Shown: positions 10,196 through 19,884 of the stretch, one piece after another
Layout: every line of letters begins with the position of its first letter
Position numbering within the stretch: the stretch's first letter is position 1
Source: Anaerolineales bacterium
GTDB lineage: Bacteria; Chloroflexota; Anaerolineae; Anaerolineales; JBHHUI01
DNA: 64,000 nt
Direction: 5' to 3'
NCBI GenBank assembly: GCA_965248775.1
Contig: OZ252150.1
Location: forward strand, 5,473,990-5,537,989
Notes under the pieces: model-generated
Told to the model about the DNA's origin: nothing
Databases searched by the model: none
What the model saw: only the letters and a program-made list of their open reading frames with translations
Position numbers and translations under genes: made by a program

Positions 10196-10675
10196 ATGGC
10201 AACGAAGTACCACCTCGCGCAGATAAACATCGCCAAAGCAATTGCACCACTTGATAATGCGCTAATGCAGGGCTTTGTGGAGCAATTGGACCACGTCAAT
10301 GAACTGGCGGATTTCAGTCCCGGCTTTGTCTGGCGCCTGCAATCAGAAGAGGGCGATGCAACTTCGATCCGGGTCTTCGAAGATGAGCTTCTTATCGTCA
10401 ATATGTCGGTCTGGGAATCGATCGAAACTCTCAAGAAATATGCGTATTCCGGCGATCACCTATCCTTGTATAAAAGTAGGAAAAAGTGGTTTGAAAAGCT
10501 AAGTTATCCAACATTAGCTTTGTGGTGGCTGCCGGCAGAGCATATCCCTACAATTGAATCTGCGAAGTTCGCGCTGGAAACGATACGAGAGAACGGACCT
10601 TCCGCAGCAGCTTTTTCATTTGCAAAACCGTATCCAGCCCCTGACGATATCGTTATGCCAGTACTCGCCAGCTGA
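10196..10675 (+). CDS. DUF3291 domain protein
   Basis: HLAQINIAK...GFVWRLQ...NMSVWESIE pattern recalled for DUF3291. Confidence 0.7.
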   Translation: MATKYHLAQINIAKAIAPLDNALMQGFVEQLDHVNELADFSPGFVWRLQSEEGDATSIRVFEDELLIVNMSVWESIETLKKYAYSGDHLSLYKSRKKWFEKLSYPTLALWWLPAEHIPTIESAKFALETIRENGPSAAAFSFAKPYPAPDDIVMPVLAS

Positions 10676-10677
10676 AC

Positions 10678-11358
10678 ATGTATTCCCCCCCCAGACTCGC
10701 ACCCTCCATTCTCAGTGCCGATTTCGCCAGACTCGGCGAGCAGGTGCAAGCTGTGATCGAGGCCGGCGCAGAGATCATTCATATCGATGTGATGGACGGC
10801 CACTTTGTGCCAAATTTGACTATCGGCCCTTTGGTGGTGGAAGCATTGCGACCAATCACGGCAGCCGCCGGTGTGCCGTTGGATGTTCATCTGATGATTT
10901 CGCAGCCCGAACGCCTGCTCGCGGACTTCGTAGCCGCGGGCGCAGATATGCTCACTGTGCATGTCGAGACCTGTCCACATCTGCATAGGACAATCGAGCA
11001 AATCAAAGAACTTGGCGTGCGGCCGGGAGTCACTCTCAATCCGGCAACGCCCGTCCAATTGCTGCAGGAAGTCCTGCCATTGGTAGAGCGTGTGCTTGTG
11101 ATGTCGGTCAATCCCGGTTTTGGCGGGCAGGCTTATATCCCCGCCAGCACCGCACGAATCCAGCAATTGCGCGCCGCTCTCGATGGTCTTGGCTCGACTG
11201 CCGAGCTGGGTGTTGATGGCGGTGTTAAAACGAGCAACGCAGCCGAGATCGCAGCAGCGGGTGCGGATGTACTGATCGCCGGGAGTGCGATCTTCGGTGG
11301 CCCGAAATCCATCGACGAAAACATCGCGGCTTTTCGAGCGGTTTTCGGAAAGGCTTGA
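10678..11358 (+). CDS. rpe: ribulose-phosphate 3-epimerase
   Basis: PSILSADFARLGE, HIDVMDGHFVPN and VMSVNPGFGGQ motifs. Confidence 0.92.
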   Translation: MYSPPRLAPSILSADFARLGEQVQAVIEAGAEIIHIDVMDGHFVPNLTIGPLVVEALRPITAAAGVPLDVHLMISQPERLLADFVAAGADMLTVHVETCPHLHRTIEQIKELGVRPGVTLNPATPVQLLQEVLPLVERVLVMSVNPGFGGQAYIPASTARIQQLRAALDGLGSTAELGVDGGVKTSNAAEIAAAGADVLIAGSAIFGGPKSIDENIAAFRAVFGKA

Positions 11359-11359
11359 T

Positions 11360-13519
11360 ATGGGAATGAACATGCAATCCGGAGCGGTAGCGTCCAATCT
11401 AGGTTACTGGTTGCGCCAGGAGATGCGCTTCTTCGAGCGGCCTATTCACATCCTGCGCGGCTATAAGCGTGAAAACCTGCGCCCCGATATCGTCGCGGGT
11501 CTGACAGTGGCGGTCGTAATGTTGCCGCAGGCGATCGCCTATGCCCTCGTAGCGGAGTTGCCGCCGCAGGTGGGGCTGTATGGCGCGATTGTGATGGCGA
11601 TCGTCGGTGCGCTCTGGGGCTCCTCTTTTCATCTGCACACCGGCCCAACCAACGCCATCTCTCTATTGGTGATTGCAAGCCTGGCCACAACAGTAGAGCC
11701 CGGTTCGCCGGAATTTATCGCGGCCGCCGGTCTGATGGCTGTGATGGTTGGTTTTACCCAACTTGTGATGGGGCTCGCTCGACTGGGTGTGCTAATCAAC
11801 TTTGTATCAGATTCGGTCATCATTGGTTTCACAGCCGGGGCGGGTATACTCATCAGCTTTACCCAACTTCAGCATTTGCTTCGCATCCAGCTTCCACGAA
11901 CGCACATGTTCTCCGAACGAGTGGCAGAAACCTTCGGGCACCTGACCGAAACACACATGATCACATTCATGCTTGGACTTGGTACGATCGTGATCATCGC
12001 AGTTGTGAAACACTTCCGACCGCGTTGGCCGTCGGCGCTGATCGGCATGCTGGCAGCTTCTGGGGCAGTCGCAGCTTTCAACCTCTCGGATCAGGGAGTT
12101 ATTGTGCTTGGGGAATTGCCGCGTACATTGCCGCCGTTGGCCGATCTGCCGCTGTTTGACATCGGCCTGATGGGGCGGGTGTCCACCGGCGCGCTGGCAA
12201 TCGCTGCTATCGGATTGGTTGAGGCAATGTCAATCTCGCGTTCTATCGCCGCACAGACAGGTCAGCGATTGGACAGCAATCAGGAATTTGCCGGGCAGGG
12301 GTTGGCAAACATCGCTTCCGGGCTGTTCTCCGGCTATACTGGTTCGGGCTCGTTCACGCGCTCGGCGGTTAACTACAGTGCCGGTGCGCGGTCGCCACTT
12401 GCAAGCGTGTTCTCCGGACTGTGGGTACTGCTCGCCATGTTGCTGTTCGCGCCGCTGGCAGCCTACCTGCCACGGGCCGCGCTCGCTGGCGTGCTTTTGG
12501 TGACCGCCTATGGCATGGTGGACCGAAAGGAGATCAGACGTATCTGGCGCACATCGCGGGGCGATAGCCTGATCATGATAGGAACGTTTCTGGGCACGCT
12601 CTTGCTCGAATTGGAATTCGCAGTGCTAGCGGGCGTGTTGATTTCTTTCGGACGCTTCATTGTCAAAACGTCCACGCCAGTCGTGCAAACCGTGCTGCCC
12701 GACGACAATTTTCGTCACTTCATCCACCGTCCAGACAAGCCGGCTTGTCCTCAACTTTCCGTTATCCAGATCAACGGCGTACTCTACTTTGGCGCTGCAC
12801 AATATGTGGAAGATGTTATCCGTGCCAACCTGGAACAGAACTCCAACCAGCGCTATTTGATGTTGCGGATGCATAGCGTCGATCATTGCGACGTGAGCGG
12901 CATCCGCATGCTGGAATCCGTCGTGCGACTCTATCGTCGTATGAGCGGCGATGTCTTTTTTGTGGGAGTCAACGACGAAGTGAAAGAGAGTATGCGACTC
13001 TCAGGATTCGACTCTCTCATAGGAGCGGATCATATCCTCGACCGCGACACAGGTGCGCTCTCGCATTTGTTCTATCGTAAGCTCGACCCGGCGATTTGCA
13101 TCTATGAGTGTGAGGTGCGCGCTTGGAAGGAATGTCAGAACCTGCCCAAGCGGATTATGCCTAGTGAGATTGTGCTGCGTACGGAGGCGCCATCCACCAA
13201 AGTAAACCTGATCTCTCCGCACGATCTGCGCAAGAAGATTAAAGACGGGAACCCGGTGCGCGTGATCGATGTGCGCGAGCCGCGCGAATTTGAGAAAGGT
13301 CACATCCCGGAAGCAGAGCTGCTGCCTTTGCTAAATTTGCTCGGTGATGAAAATCAATTGCCCCCTGATTGCGAAGTTGTCTTCGTCTGTCGGAGTGGGC
13401 GGCGGGGTTCCCGCGCGGCACAATATGCAACCGGACATTGCCGCGAGAAAGTCTACTTTTTAAAGGGCGGCATGGTAGCTTGGGAGGACGCGGGGTTTTT
13501 GGACGCTGTCGATAAATAA
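11360..13519 (+). CDS. SulP-family anion transporter with STAS domain and C-terminal rhodanese domain
   Basis: About 12 TM SulP core, a STAS segment (VIQINGVLYFGAAQYVED) and a rhodanese with active-site loop CRSGRRGS. ATG 11360 lies 1 nt after the rpe stop. Confidence 0.85.
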   Translation: MGMNMQSGAVASNLGYWLRQEMRFFERPIHILRGYKRENLRPDIVAGLTVAVVMLPQAIAYALVAELPPQVGLYGAIVMAIVGALWGSSFHLHTGPTNAISLLVIASLATTVEPGSPEFIAAAGLMAVMVGFTQLVMGLARLGVLINFVSDSVIIGFTAGAGILISFTQLQHLLRIQLPRTHMFSERVAETFGHLTETHMITFMLGLGTIVIIAVVKHFRPRWPSALIGMLAASGAVAAFNLSDQGVIVLGELPRTLPPLADLPLFDIGLMGRVSTGALAIAAIGLVEAMSISRSIAAQTGQRLDSNQEFAGQGLANIASGLFSGYTGSGSFTRSAVNYSAGARSPLASVFSGLWVLLAMLLFAPLAAYLPRAALAGVLLVTAYGMVDRKEIRRIWRTSRGDSLIMIGTFLGTLLLELEFAVLAGVLISFGRFIVKTSTPVVQTVLPDDNFRHFIHRPDKPACPQLSVIQINGVLYFGAAQYVEDVIRANLEQNSNQRYLMLRMHSVDHCDVSGIRMLESVVRLYRRMSGDVFFVGVNDEVKESMRLSGFDSLIGADHILDRDTGALSHLFYRKLDPAICIYECEVRAWKECQNLPKRIMPSEIVLRTEAPSTKVNLISPHDLRKKIKDGNPVRVIDVREPREFEKGHIPEAELLPLLNLLGDENQLPPDCEVVFVCRSGRRGSRAAQYATGHCREKVYFLKGGMVAWEDAGFLDAVDK

Positions 13520-14494
13520 ATGACCACGAGTAGAAATCCATCGCATAACATTGGCCTAGACCTTGTGCGAGTGACAGAGGCGGCAGCGCTTGCTGCCGGC
13601 CGCTGGCTTGGCCGTGGTGATCGCGATAGCGCCAACGATGCTGCCACAGAAGCAATGGTCGAAATTCTGAACCATCTCAATATCGATGGCTTAATTGTTG
13701 TCGGAGAAGAAGGTCGCCTCCACGAACATTCGCGGCTCGATAGTGGTATGAAGGTTGGTACCGGTCGCGGACCGCAGGTGGATGTGGTTGTAAACCCCGT
13801 CGATGGCGCCGGGCTGGTCGCTGGTGCAAAACCCTATGCAATTTCGGTTGCCGGTATCGCGCCACGTGGGACGATGTGGTCTCCGCATCAGGGCGTTTAT
13901 ATGGAGAAGATCGTCGTCGAACGAGTGGTTGCAGAATCGTTGGTGCCTGAATGCCTTGATGCGCCTGCAGGTTGGACGATTGCGCTTGTCGCGCGCATCA
14001 AGGACAAACCGATCGAAGATATTGTTGTCTTTGTGTTGGAGCGACCACGACATGCTCACCTGATTGAGGAAATTCGTGCGGCCGGTGCACGTGCGCTCCT
14101 GCGCCCGGATGGCGATATCAACGGGGCGTTGATGGCGGTTGATCCGAATACGAGTGTTGATTTGCTGATGGGAATAGGTGGGGTTCCGGAAGGCGTGATC
14201 GCCGCCTGTGCCATCAAATCTCTCGGTGGGGCGATGCTGGGGCGGCTCGCGCCACAAAGCAACGATGAAGGGGTCACATTGGATGAAGCGGATACGGACC
14301 AGATAAAAATATTGTCCAGCGATGAGATGATCGCCAGCCAGAAAATTTTCTTCGCTGCAACAGGTATCACTGATGGGCGACTGCTCACAGGCGTACGTTA
14401 CCGCGGCCGCCTTGCGGAGACGCACTCCATCGTTCTTCGCGGCGAGACCAGAACGCGCCGCATCATCCATACCGAGCATGTTGTAAGGCTTTAA
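13520..14494 (+). CDS. glpX: class II fructose-1,6-bisphosphatase
   Basis: GlpX-type N-terminus LVRVTEAAALAAGRWLGRGD. The ATG directly abuts the SulP TAA. Confidence 0.9.
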   Translation: MTTSRNPSHNIGLDLVRVTEAAALAAGRWLGRGDRDSANDAATEAMVEILNHLNIDGLIVVGEEGRLHEHSRLDSGMKVGTGRGPQVDVVVNPVDGAGLVAGAKPYAISVAGIAPRGTMWSPHQGVYMEKIVVERVVAESLVPECLDAPAGWTIALVARIKDKPIEDIVVFVLERPRHAHLIEEIRAAGARALLRPDGDINGALMAVDPNTSVDLLMGIGGVPEGVIAACAIKSLGGAMLGRLAPQSNDEGVTLDEADTDQIKILSSDEMIASQKIFFAATGITDGRLLTGVRYRGRLAETHSIVLRGETRTRRIIHTEHVVRL

Positions 14495-14543
14495 TCTCAA
14501 CGTATTTCGTCAGACTCATCTCCGCTCAATCGTTACAACTCAG

Positions 14544-15713
14544 ATGCCCCAAATTAATCGACTGATATTGCTGCTGCATGTCGTGACAGTGTTGGTCGCC
14601 TGTGCCACCCCAGAACCCGAACTACTCCTGGAGCCCACGGCAACATCGGTGCAGGAATCTTCAACGGAAACGCCGCAACCGAGCGCTACACCACCACGTT
14701 CAGCCGCGGCTGGGCAGCCCAGCGCACCGCCACCCCCAATCATCACTCCTCAGCCGAAAATCCCAGAGCTTGTCTGGTTGCCTTATGCGAGCGGAGCTTT
14801 TCTCGGCGACTTGCTTGTCGTGCGTAATGGTGTGGCCGCCCGCGAACCCGTTCCGCAGGAGATTTTGATTGAACTCTTTTGGGACTATGACGGTACAAGC
14901 GGACGACTGGCCTACGGTGGTTGGTTCTGGCACGCGGCTGAAGGCACGTCCAAGTCGGTCAGCGACTTGTGGGTGTACGACTACGGAACCGGCAGCAATG
15001 TGTTGTGGCTGGCGGACAATGTCGCCCGCGCAGCCTGGTCGCCGGTTCCCGATCCGGCCACTGGCCGCACGCACATCGCGGCCGTTGTCTACAACCCGCA
15101 GTCAGAAAGTTTCGATCTTGTGGTGCTGAAAGGGCCCGGCTCTTCTGCTGTGTTTGCAAAGCATGTCTCGATTGAATTTGCCTGGTCACCTGGCGGGCAG
15201 CAATTGGTTTTTGCCCGCACGAAGAACTTCGGCACGGCGGAAGGTGTTGAAACCGGACTGTATGTTGTTTCGGTGACGGCCGGTAACGAGACAAGAGTGA
15301 GTGACTATGCCTACCAGCGTGGCGGCTGGATCGGTGACCAGCCAGTTTGGGTCTCGAACCCGCCGGCCCTGATATACGCGGACAGCCCACTCGGTGTGAC
15401 CCCACTGGACGGCAGCGGTGATTTCATTCCTGCTGATGATCTGTCGCGTCCGTTCGACATGCTATGGCATGACACCTCGCATACGCTGCTCGTTCAGATC
15501 GAGACCTCTTTCGGTGGGCAGGGGGTGGAGGCCTGGCGCTTCTCTGAAGATCTACGCATGCTCACGGAACGTCTCACACTTGGGCCGCCAGGTGAAGATG
15601 TGGCCCTCGTCGGTTGGTACGAGCCGGGAGAAGTGGTGTTGCTCGCAGTAGCGGGCGGCTATGGAGAGCCCATTTTCTGGTCCATTGACCAAAACGCCCT
15701 CGTAAATCCCTGA
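14544..15713 (+). CDS. secreted lipoprotein, PD40/TolB-like beta-propeller suspected
   Basis: Lipobox LVAC at the N-terminus and a Pro-rich linker. AWSP/WSPGGQ repeats. Confidence 0.55.
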   Translation: MPQINRLILLLHVVTVLVACATPEPELLLEPTATSVQESSTETPQPSATPPRSAAAGQPSAPPPPIITPQPKIPELVWLPYASGAFLGDLLVVRNGVAAREPVPQEILIELFWDYDGTSGRLAYGGWFWHAAEGTSKSVSDLWVYDYGTGSNVLWLADNVARAAWSPVPDPATGRTHIAAVVYNPQSESFDLVVLKGPGSSAVFAKHVSIEFAWSPGGQQLVFARTKNFGTAEGVETGLYVVSVTAGNETRVSDYAYQRGGWIGDQPVWVSNPPALIYADSPLGVTPLDGSGDFIPADDLSRPFDMLWHDTSHTLLVQIETSFGGQGVEAWRFSEDLRMLTERLTLGPPGEDVALVGWYEPGEVVLLAVAGGYGEPIFWSIDQNALVNP

Positions 15714-16001
15714 GATTTCACTCCCCAATGATCATTGCAAAATGTGACGAAGTGGGGGGAGAAGGTCGAAAGCAACATAGGAGCAGGGGGAACGTCGGTT
15801 TTCCGGCGAAAATTACTCATCTTCAGCGGTTAAAATTGGATTGAATTCTTCGCAGCTTTCAACGTGACATAAACCACCATATGTGGGTTCATAATCTATA
15901 GAGTTCCCGCATTTACGGTAAATTTACGCTCCAACTGAAAAATAATATGCACGCAAAGTTGCAAAACCGTGTGGCGGCACCTTAAAAGATGCCCAAACGA
16001 G

Positions 16002-16031
16002 TTGCACGTGGCAGCGCTTATGTGTTATAAA
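16002..16031 (+). promoter_or_regulatory. sigma70-like promoter of the dcw operon (TTGCAC-N18-TATAAA)
   Basis: TTGCAC at 16002-16007 and TATAAA at 16026-16031, about 90 nt upstream of mraZ. Confidence 0.5.
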
Positions 16032-16065
16032 GTGGCGTATAGTGTCATAAAGTGTGGCGAAGTGG
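16031..16065 (+). promoter_or_regulatory. candidate MraZ operator: four direct AGTG[G/T] boxes with exact 10-bp phasing
   Basis: AGTGG at 16031, AGTGT at 16041, AGTGT at 16051 and AGTGG at 16061, each mostly preceded by A-rich bases, immediately downstream of the -10. Confidence 0.6.
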
Positions 16066-16117
16066 GAGCGCCGGGCGTACTGCTCGGCGTTCCGCCATTA
16101 ATGACACCTTAGAACAT

Positions 16118-16567
16118 ATGTTTTTAGGCGAATACAGACATTCTCTTGACGCCAAAGGGCGACTGACAATGCCGGCCAAAGACCGGCACAAGATCGCCGA
16201 AGGCTGCGTCATCACCAGAGGCTACGAAGCCTGCCTCAATGTCTATACACGCGCCGATTTCGAACGAATATACCACAGAGCTCTGGAGCAGTCACCAACT
16301 GATCCAGAGACGCGCGACCTTTTCCGCTCGACCTTTTCTCGGGCGGTAGAAGCCGAACTGGACAGCGCCGGACGCATCAATATCCCGATGCAGTTGCGCG
16401 AATATGCCGGTTTGGAGGGGGAGGTCGTGCTTCTCGGTTCCGGACTGTATCTCGAACTCTGGAGCCGTGAGCGCTGGGAGGAGAAGGCATCTCAGATGGA
16501 CGAACTGAACTCCAATCCTGCGCGCTTCATTGATAAGGACCTGGCGGTCGGAAAGCTGACCGAATAA
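16118..16567 (+). CDS. mraZ: transcriptional regulator MraZ
   Basis: Canonical MFLGEYRHSLDAKGR start with two SpoVT/AbrB-like halves (GRLTMP, GRINIP). Confidence 0.92.
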   Translation: MFLGEYRHSLDAKGRLTMPAKDRHKIAEGCVITRGYEACLNVYTRADFERIYHRALEQSPTDPETRDLFRSTFSRAVEAELDSAGRINIPMQLREYAGLEGEVVLLGSGLYLELWSRERWEEKASQMDELNSNPARFIDKDLAVGKLTE

Positions 16568-16590
16568 CAGGGGGAACAGGTCTCCCGCAA

Positions 16591-17508
16591 ATGGGGGCAC
16601 ATGTTCCGGTTCTTTACCAAGAAGTCATATCCGGTCTGCAACCTAGACCGGGCGGGCGATATATCGACGGAACCGTCGGGCTGGGGGGACATACAAGCGG
16701 TCTGCTTGAGGCCACTACTCCAGATGGCATGGTGCTTGGTATCGACCGTGACCCACAAGCCCTACAGGAAGCCCACCCAAAGCTGGCTGTCTTCGGCGAG
16801 CGCGCGATGCTAAAGCATGGCTCTTATTTGCTAATGGGAGCGTTTGCTGCCGAGGTTGGCTGGGAACAAGTTGATGGCATTCTGCTCGACCTGGGCATCT
16901 CTTCCTTGCAACTCGAGCGTCCCGAGCGCGGGTTCAGTTTCCGGGAAGCTGGGCCGCTCGATATGCGCTTCGATCCAACCGCTGCCCGCTCAGCCGATGA
17001 CATTGTCAATGGCTGGGAGCAGGAAGAGTTGGCGAATGTCCTCTTCCAATTCGGAGAGGAGCGGCAGAGCAGGCGTATCGCCCTGGCGCTAATTGAGGCC
17101 CGACCAATCCGGGATACGCAGCATCTGGCAGAGGTTGTTGCCGCTGCCCGGCGCGGAAAGCGCTCCCGCATCCATCCCGCGACGCGCACGTTCCAGGCTT
17201 TGCGGATAGCTGTCAATGGTGAGTTTGAGGCTGTCCGGGAAGCCCTGCCGCTGGGGATGGACTTGCTTCGACCGGGCGGACGCATGGCCGTAATTGCCTT
17301 CCATTCGTTGGAGGACAGGATTGTGAAGCAAACATTTCGGGAGGTCTCGCGCGAGAAATATGATCCGGCCGATCCAAGGCTCGGCAGAGGGGGAGAAGCG
17401 GTTGGGATGCGGGAGATAACTCGCAAGCCGATTCGACCATCTGAGGCGGAAGTGGCATCGAATCCGCGCAGCCGTAGTGCACGGTTGCGGATTATCGAGA
17501 AGTTGTGA
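16591..17508 (+). CDS. rsmH: 16S rRNA (cytosine1402-N4)-methyltransferase
   Basis: HVPVLYQEV, DGTVGLGGH and DLGISS motifs. Confidence 0.93.
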   Translation: MGAHVPVLYQEVISGLQPRPGGRYIDGTVGLGGHTSGLLEATTPDGMVLGIDRDPQALQEAHPKLAVFGERAMLKHGSYLLMGAFAAEVGWEQVDGILLDLGISSLQLERPERGFSFREAGPLDMRFDPTAARSADDIVNGWEQEELANVLFQFGEERQSRRIALALIEARPIRDTQHLAEVVAAARRGKRSRIHPATRTFQALRIAVNGEFEAVREALPLGMDLLRPGGRMAVIAFHSLEDRIVKQTFREVSREKYDPADPRLGRGGEAVGMREITRKPIRPSEAEVASNPRSRSARLRIIEKL

Positions 17509-17629
17509 TGAGTGCGGGAAGCATGAATGCGGTAGCCACGCAGATATTTAGCACGATGGTATTTGTTAGCCTGAGGCGAGTTGGCACGCGCCTTGCAAGC
17601 TTGTCTACGAAAGTCATGTAGACAGGAAG

Positions 17630-18121
17630 ATGTTGATGGAAGCATATGTTGAAGCACCACGCGAAAACTGGTCCCGCTGGGCAAGAGCCTTTCGAGAGTC
17701 GCCCTGGCGACGTCAGACGCACATCGTTGCCACGCTGGCTCTCCTCGTCGTGGGTCTGGTTGCGGTGGGCGGCATTTATCTCGCCGAGGCTTCGCGGGCA
17801 GCAACAGCTGGACGCGATGTGCAGGCCCTACGCGCAGAGCGCGACGAAATGATTCGGCAGAACGAAATGTTGCGAGCCCAGATCGCTCGCCACCAATCTG
17901 TTTCAATCTTGGATCAGCGTGCCCGCCAGCTTGGATTTGTGCCGGCTTCAATTGAACAACTCGAATTTATTTTGATGCCAAATTATAGGTCGCCAAAGAC
18001 GGTGCAGGAGCAAACCTTGGAACCGCTGGTTCCCGCGTTGGATGGCCTTCCAGCCTACCAAGAATCGTTAGGGGCCTGGCTCGTGCGCCAGATTCCCGTA
18101 TTGTTGGGGCAGGGGAACTAG
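17630..18121 (+). CDS. ftsL: FtsL-like cell division protein
   Basis: One TM segment (IVATLALLVVGLVAVGGIYLA) followed by a coiled-coil-like LRAERDEMIRQNEMLRAQIA. Its position between rsmH and ftsI supports the call. Confidence 0.6.
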   Translation: MLMEAYVEAPRENWSRWARAFRESPWRRQTHIVATLALLVVGLVAVGGIYLAEASRAATAGRDVQALRAERDEMIRQNEMLRAQIARHQSVSILDQRARQLGFVPASIEQLEFILMPNYRSPKTVQEQTLEPLVPALDGLPAYQESLGAWLVRQIPVLLGQGN

Positions 18122-18124
18122 CGC

Positions 18125-19858
18125 GTGGACGTATTTCGAATGCGGCTCCGCGCCATCGTTGGTCTACTGGTCATCGCCGGAGGTGTAATTGTCTTCCGCC
18201 TGGTCAGTTTGCAGTTTGGCAGTGCCCGCCCTTATTTCAAGGAATTGGCGGACACCGTGACCAGTGTGCCGGTGGTTGTGGAGGCACCTCGTGGACGCAT
18301 CTTCGACCGCGACGGACAGTTGCTCGCCACTAACGCTGTCCATTACGAAATTGGCGTATCGCCACGGTTTGTTACAGACCCGGAGGCAGTCTCGGCTGTT
18401 CTGTCCGACGTATTAAACCGCTCCGTCTTGGAAATTCGAGAACTGGTCGAGCTACACGACGATGCACAAGGAAACCCGATACTTTATGAACTGTTGGCGC
18501 GACCTGTTTCAGCCGAAATCGGCCAGCAGCTCATTGAAATGTCGAACGATCCAGAAGGACCGGACCTGGGTGGACTGGCGGTCACGCCGATCTCGCTCCG
18601 AACATATCCGGCCGGATCGCTGGCCGCACATGTGATCGGTTTCGTAGGCTACGACAATGAAGGTTATTACGGTGTCGAGGGTTTCTACGACAGCATATTG
18701 GCTGGTCACGCCGTGCGCGGCACCAAATCTGTGGTGCCTTTCGATGTGAGCTTCGACCCCGACCCGGATCAGGGCAACGACATTTATCTGACCCTTGATC
18801 GGGAGGTGCAGTATCTCGCAGAGGAGACGATCGTCAATGCGCTCGCGCAATACGGTGCAGTGAGCGGCAGCATCCTGATCATGGACCCGCGCACAGGCGA
18901 AATCCTGGCAATGGCGACCTGGCCTTCCTTCGATCCGAACGATCTAAATAATCTGCTAGGGGAAGCGGAAGGTTTGCGTCGCAATCCGGTCATTGGGGAG
19001 CAGTTTGAGCCAGGCTCCACTTTCAAAGTACTCACAATGGCAGCGGCCCTCGAGTCAGGCATGTTCTCGCCGCAGAGCACATATGTGGACAACGGCGTAT
19101 TGGAATACGGCGGCGCCATCATTCGAAATTGGGATGGCGGCGCCTGGGGTCTGCAGGATATGACTGGCCTTTTACAACACTCGCTTAATGTGGGTGCTGC
19201 CACTCTTTCCACGTCGTTGGGTCCAAAAGATTTCTACAGTTATTTGAATGCCTTCGGCGTTGGCCATCGCACGAATATTGATCTGTCCGGCGAAGAGACA
19301 GGCAGCCTGAAATCACCCGGCGATCCGGACTGGTTTGAATCGGATTTGGCGACAAACGCATTTGGGCAGGGTGTGGCGACTACACCACTGCAACTGTTGA
19401 CGGCAATCTCCGCCGTTGCGAACAACGGGGCGATGATGCAACCACACATTCTCAAGCGTGTGGCCGACACAGACTCGAGCTACGAAACGCAGCCGCAGGT
19501 GATGGGACGACCGATTTCTCCTGAAATCGCCCAAACGTTAACGGAAATGCTTGCCACGAGCCTGAAAGAAGAAGCCTCCGATGCTTTGGTGCCGGGCTAC
19601 GGCATCACGGGCAAGACAGGTACAGCCCAGATCCCAACTCCATATGGCTATGATCCGGTGCAAACGATCGCGACTTTTATTGGTTGGGGTCCGACCGACG
19701 ATCCACGCTTTATTGTACTTATCAAATTGGATAAACCTACGGCGTCACCGTGGGGATCAACAACGGCCGCGCCTACATTTAGCCAGATGGTAAAACGACT
19801 GGTGGTCCTGATGGAAATTCCACCGGACAATGTGCGACATGCACTGGCGGCCCAGTGA
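18125..19858 (+). CDS. ftsI: peptidoglycan D,D-transpeptidase (class B PBP, FtsI-like)
   Basis: GTG start and an N-terminal TM segment. STFK, SLN and KTGT motifs. Confidence 0.9.
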   Translation: MDVFRMRLRAIVGLLVIAGGVIVFRLVSLQFGSARPYFKELADTVTSVPVVVEAPRGRIFDRDGQLLATNAVHYEIGVSPRFVTDPEAVSAVLSDVLNRSVLEIRELVELHDDAQGNPILYELLARPVSAEIGQQLIEMSNDPEGPDLGGLAVTPISLRTYPAGSLAAHVIGFVGYDNEGYYGVEGFYDSILAGHAVRGTKSVVPFDVSFDPDPDQGNDIYLTLDREVQYLAEETIVNALAQYGAVSGSILIMDPRTGEILAMATWPSFDPNDLNNLLGEAEGLRRNPVIGEQFEPGSTFKVLTMAAALESGMFSPQSTYVDNGVLEYGGAIIRNWDGGAWGLQDMTGLLQHSLNVGAATLSTSLGPKDFYSYLNAFGVGHRTNIDLSGEETGSLKSPGDPDWFESDLATNAFGQGVATTPLQLLTAISAVANNGAMMQPHILKRVADTDSSYETQPQVMGRPISPEIAQTLTEMLATSLKEEASDALVPGYGITGKTGTAQIPTPYGYDPVQTIATFIGWGPTDDPRFIVLIKLDKPTASPWGSTTAAPTFSQMVKRLVVLMEIPPDNVRHALAAQ

Positions 19859-19884
19859 ACAAACTGGCTCCTGGTAAATGATGA

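Noticed and set aside
16824-17951. Long ORFs antisense to, or in an alternative frame of, well-supported genes. Examples are 16824..17951, 34406..35533, 27346..28284, 10504..11397, 13691..14500, 40315..41109, 21626..22420, 26351..27154, 2641..3267 and 23337..24041.
   Set aside because: All are fully overlapped by genes with clear family motifs. Their translations are Arg/Pro/Ser/Ala-rich low-complexity strings typical of shadow ORFs in GC-rich DNA. None has a convincing SD or a recognisable domain.
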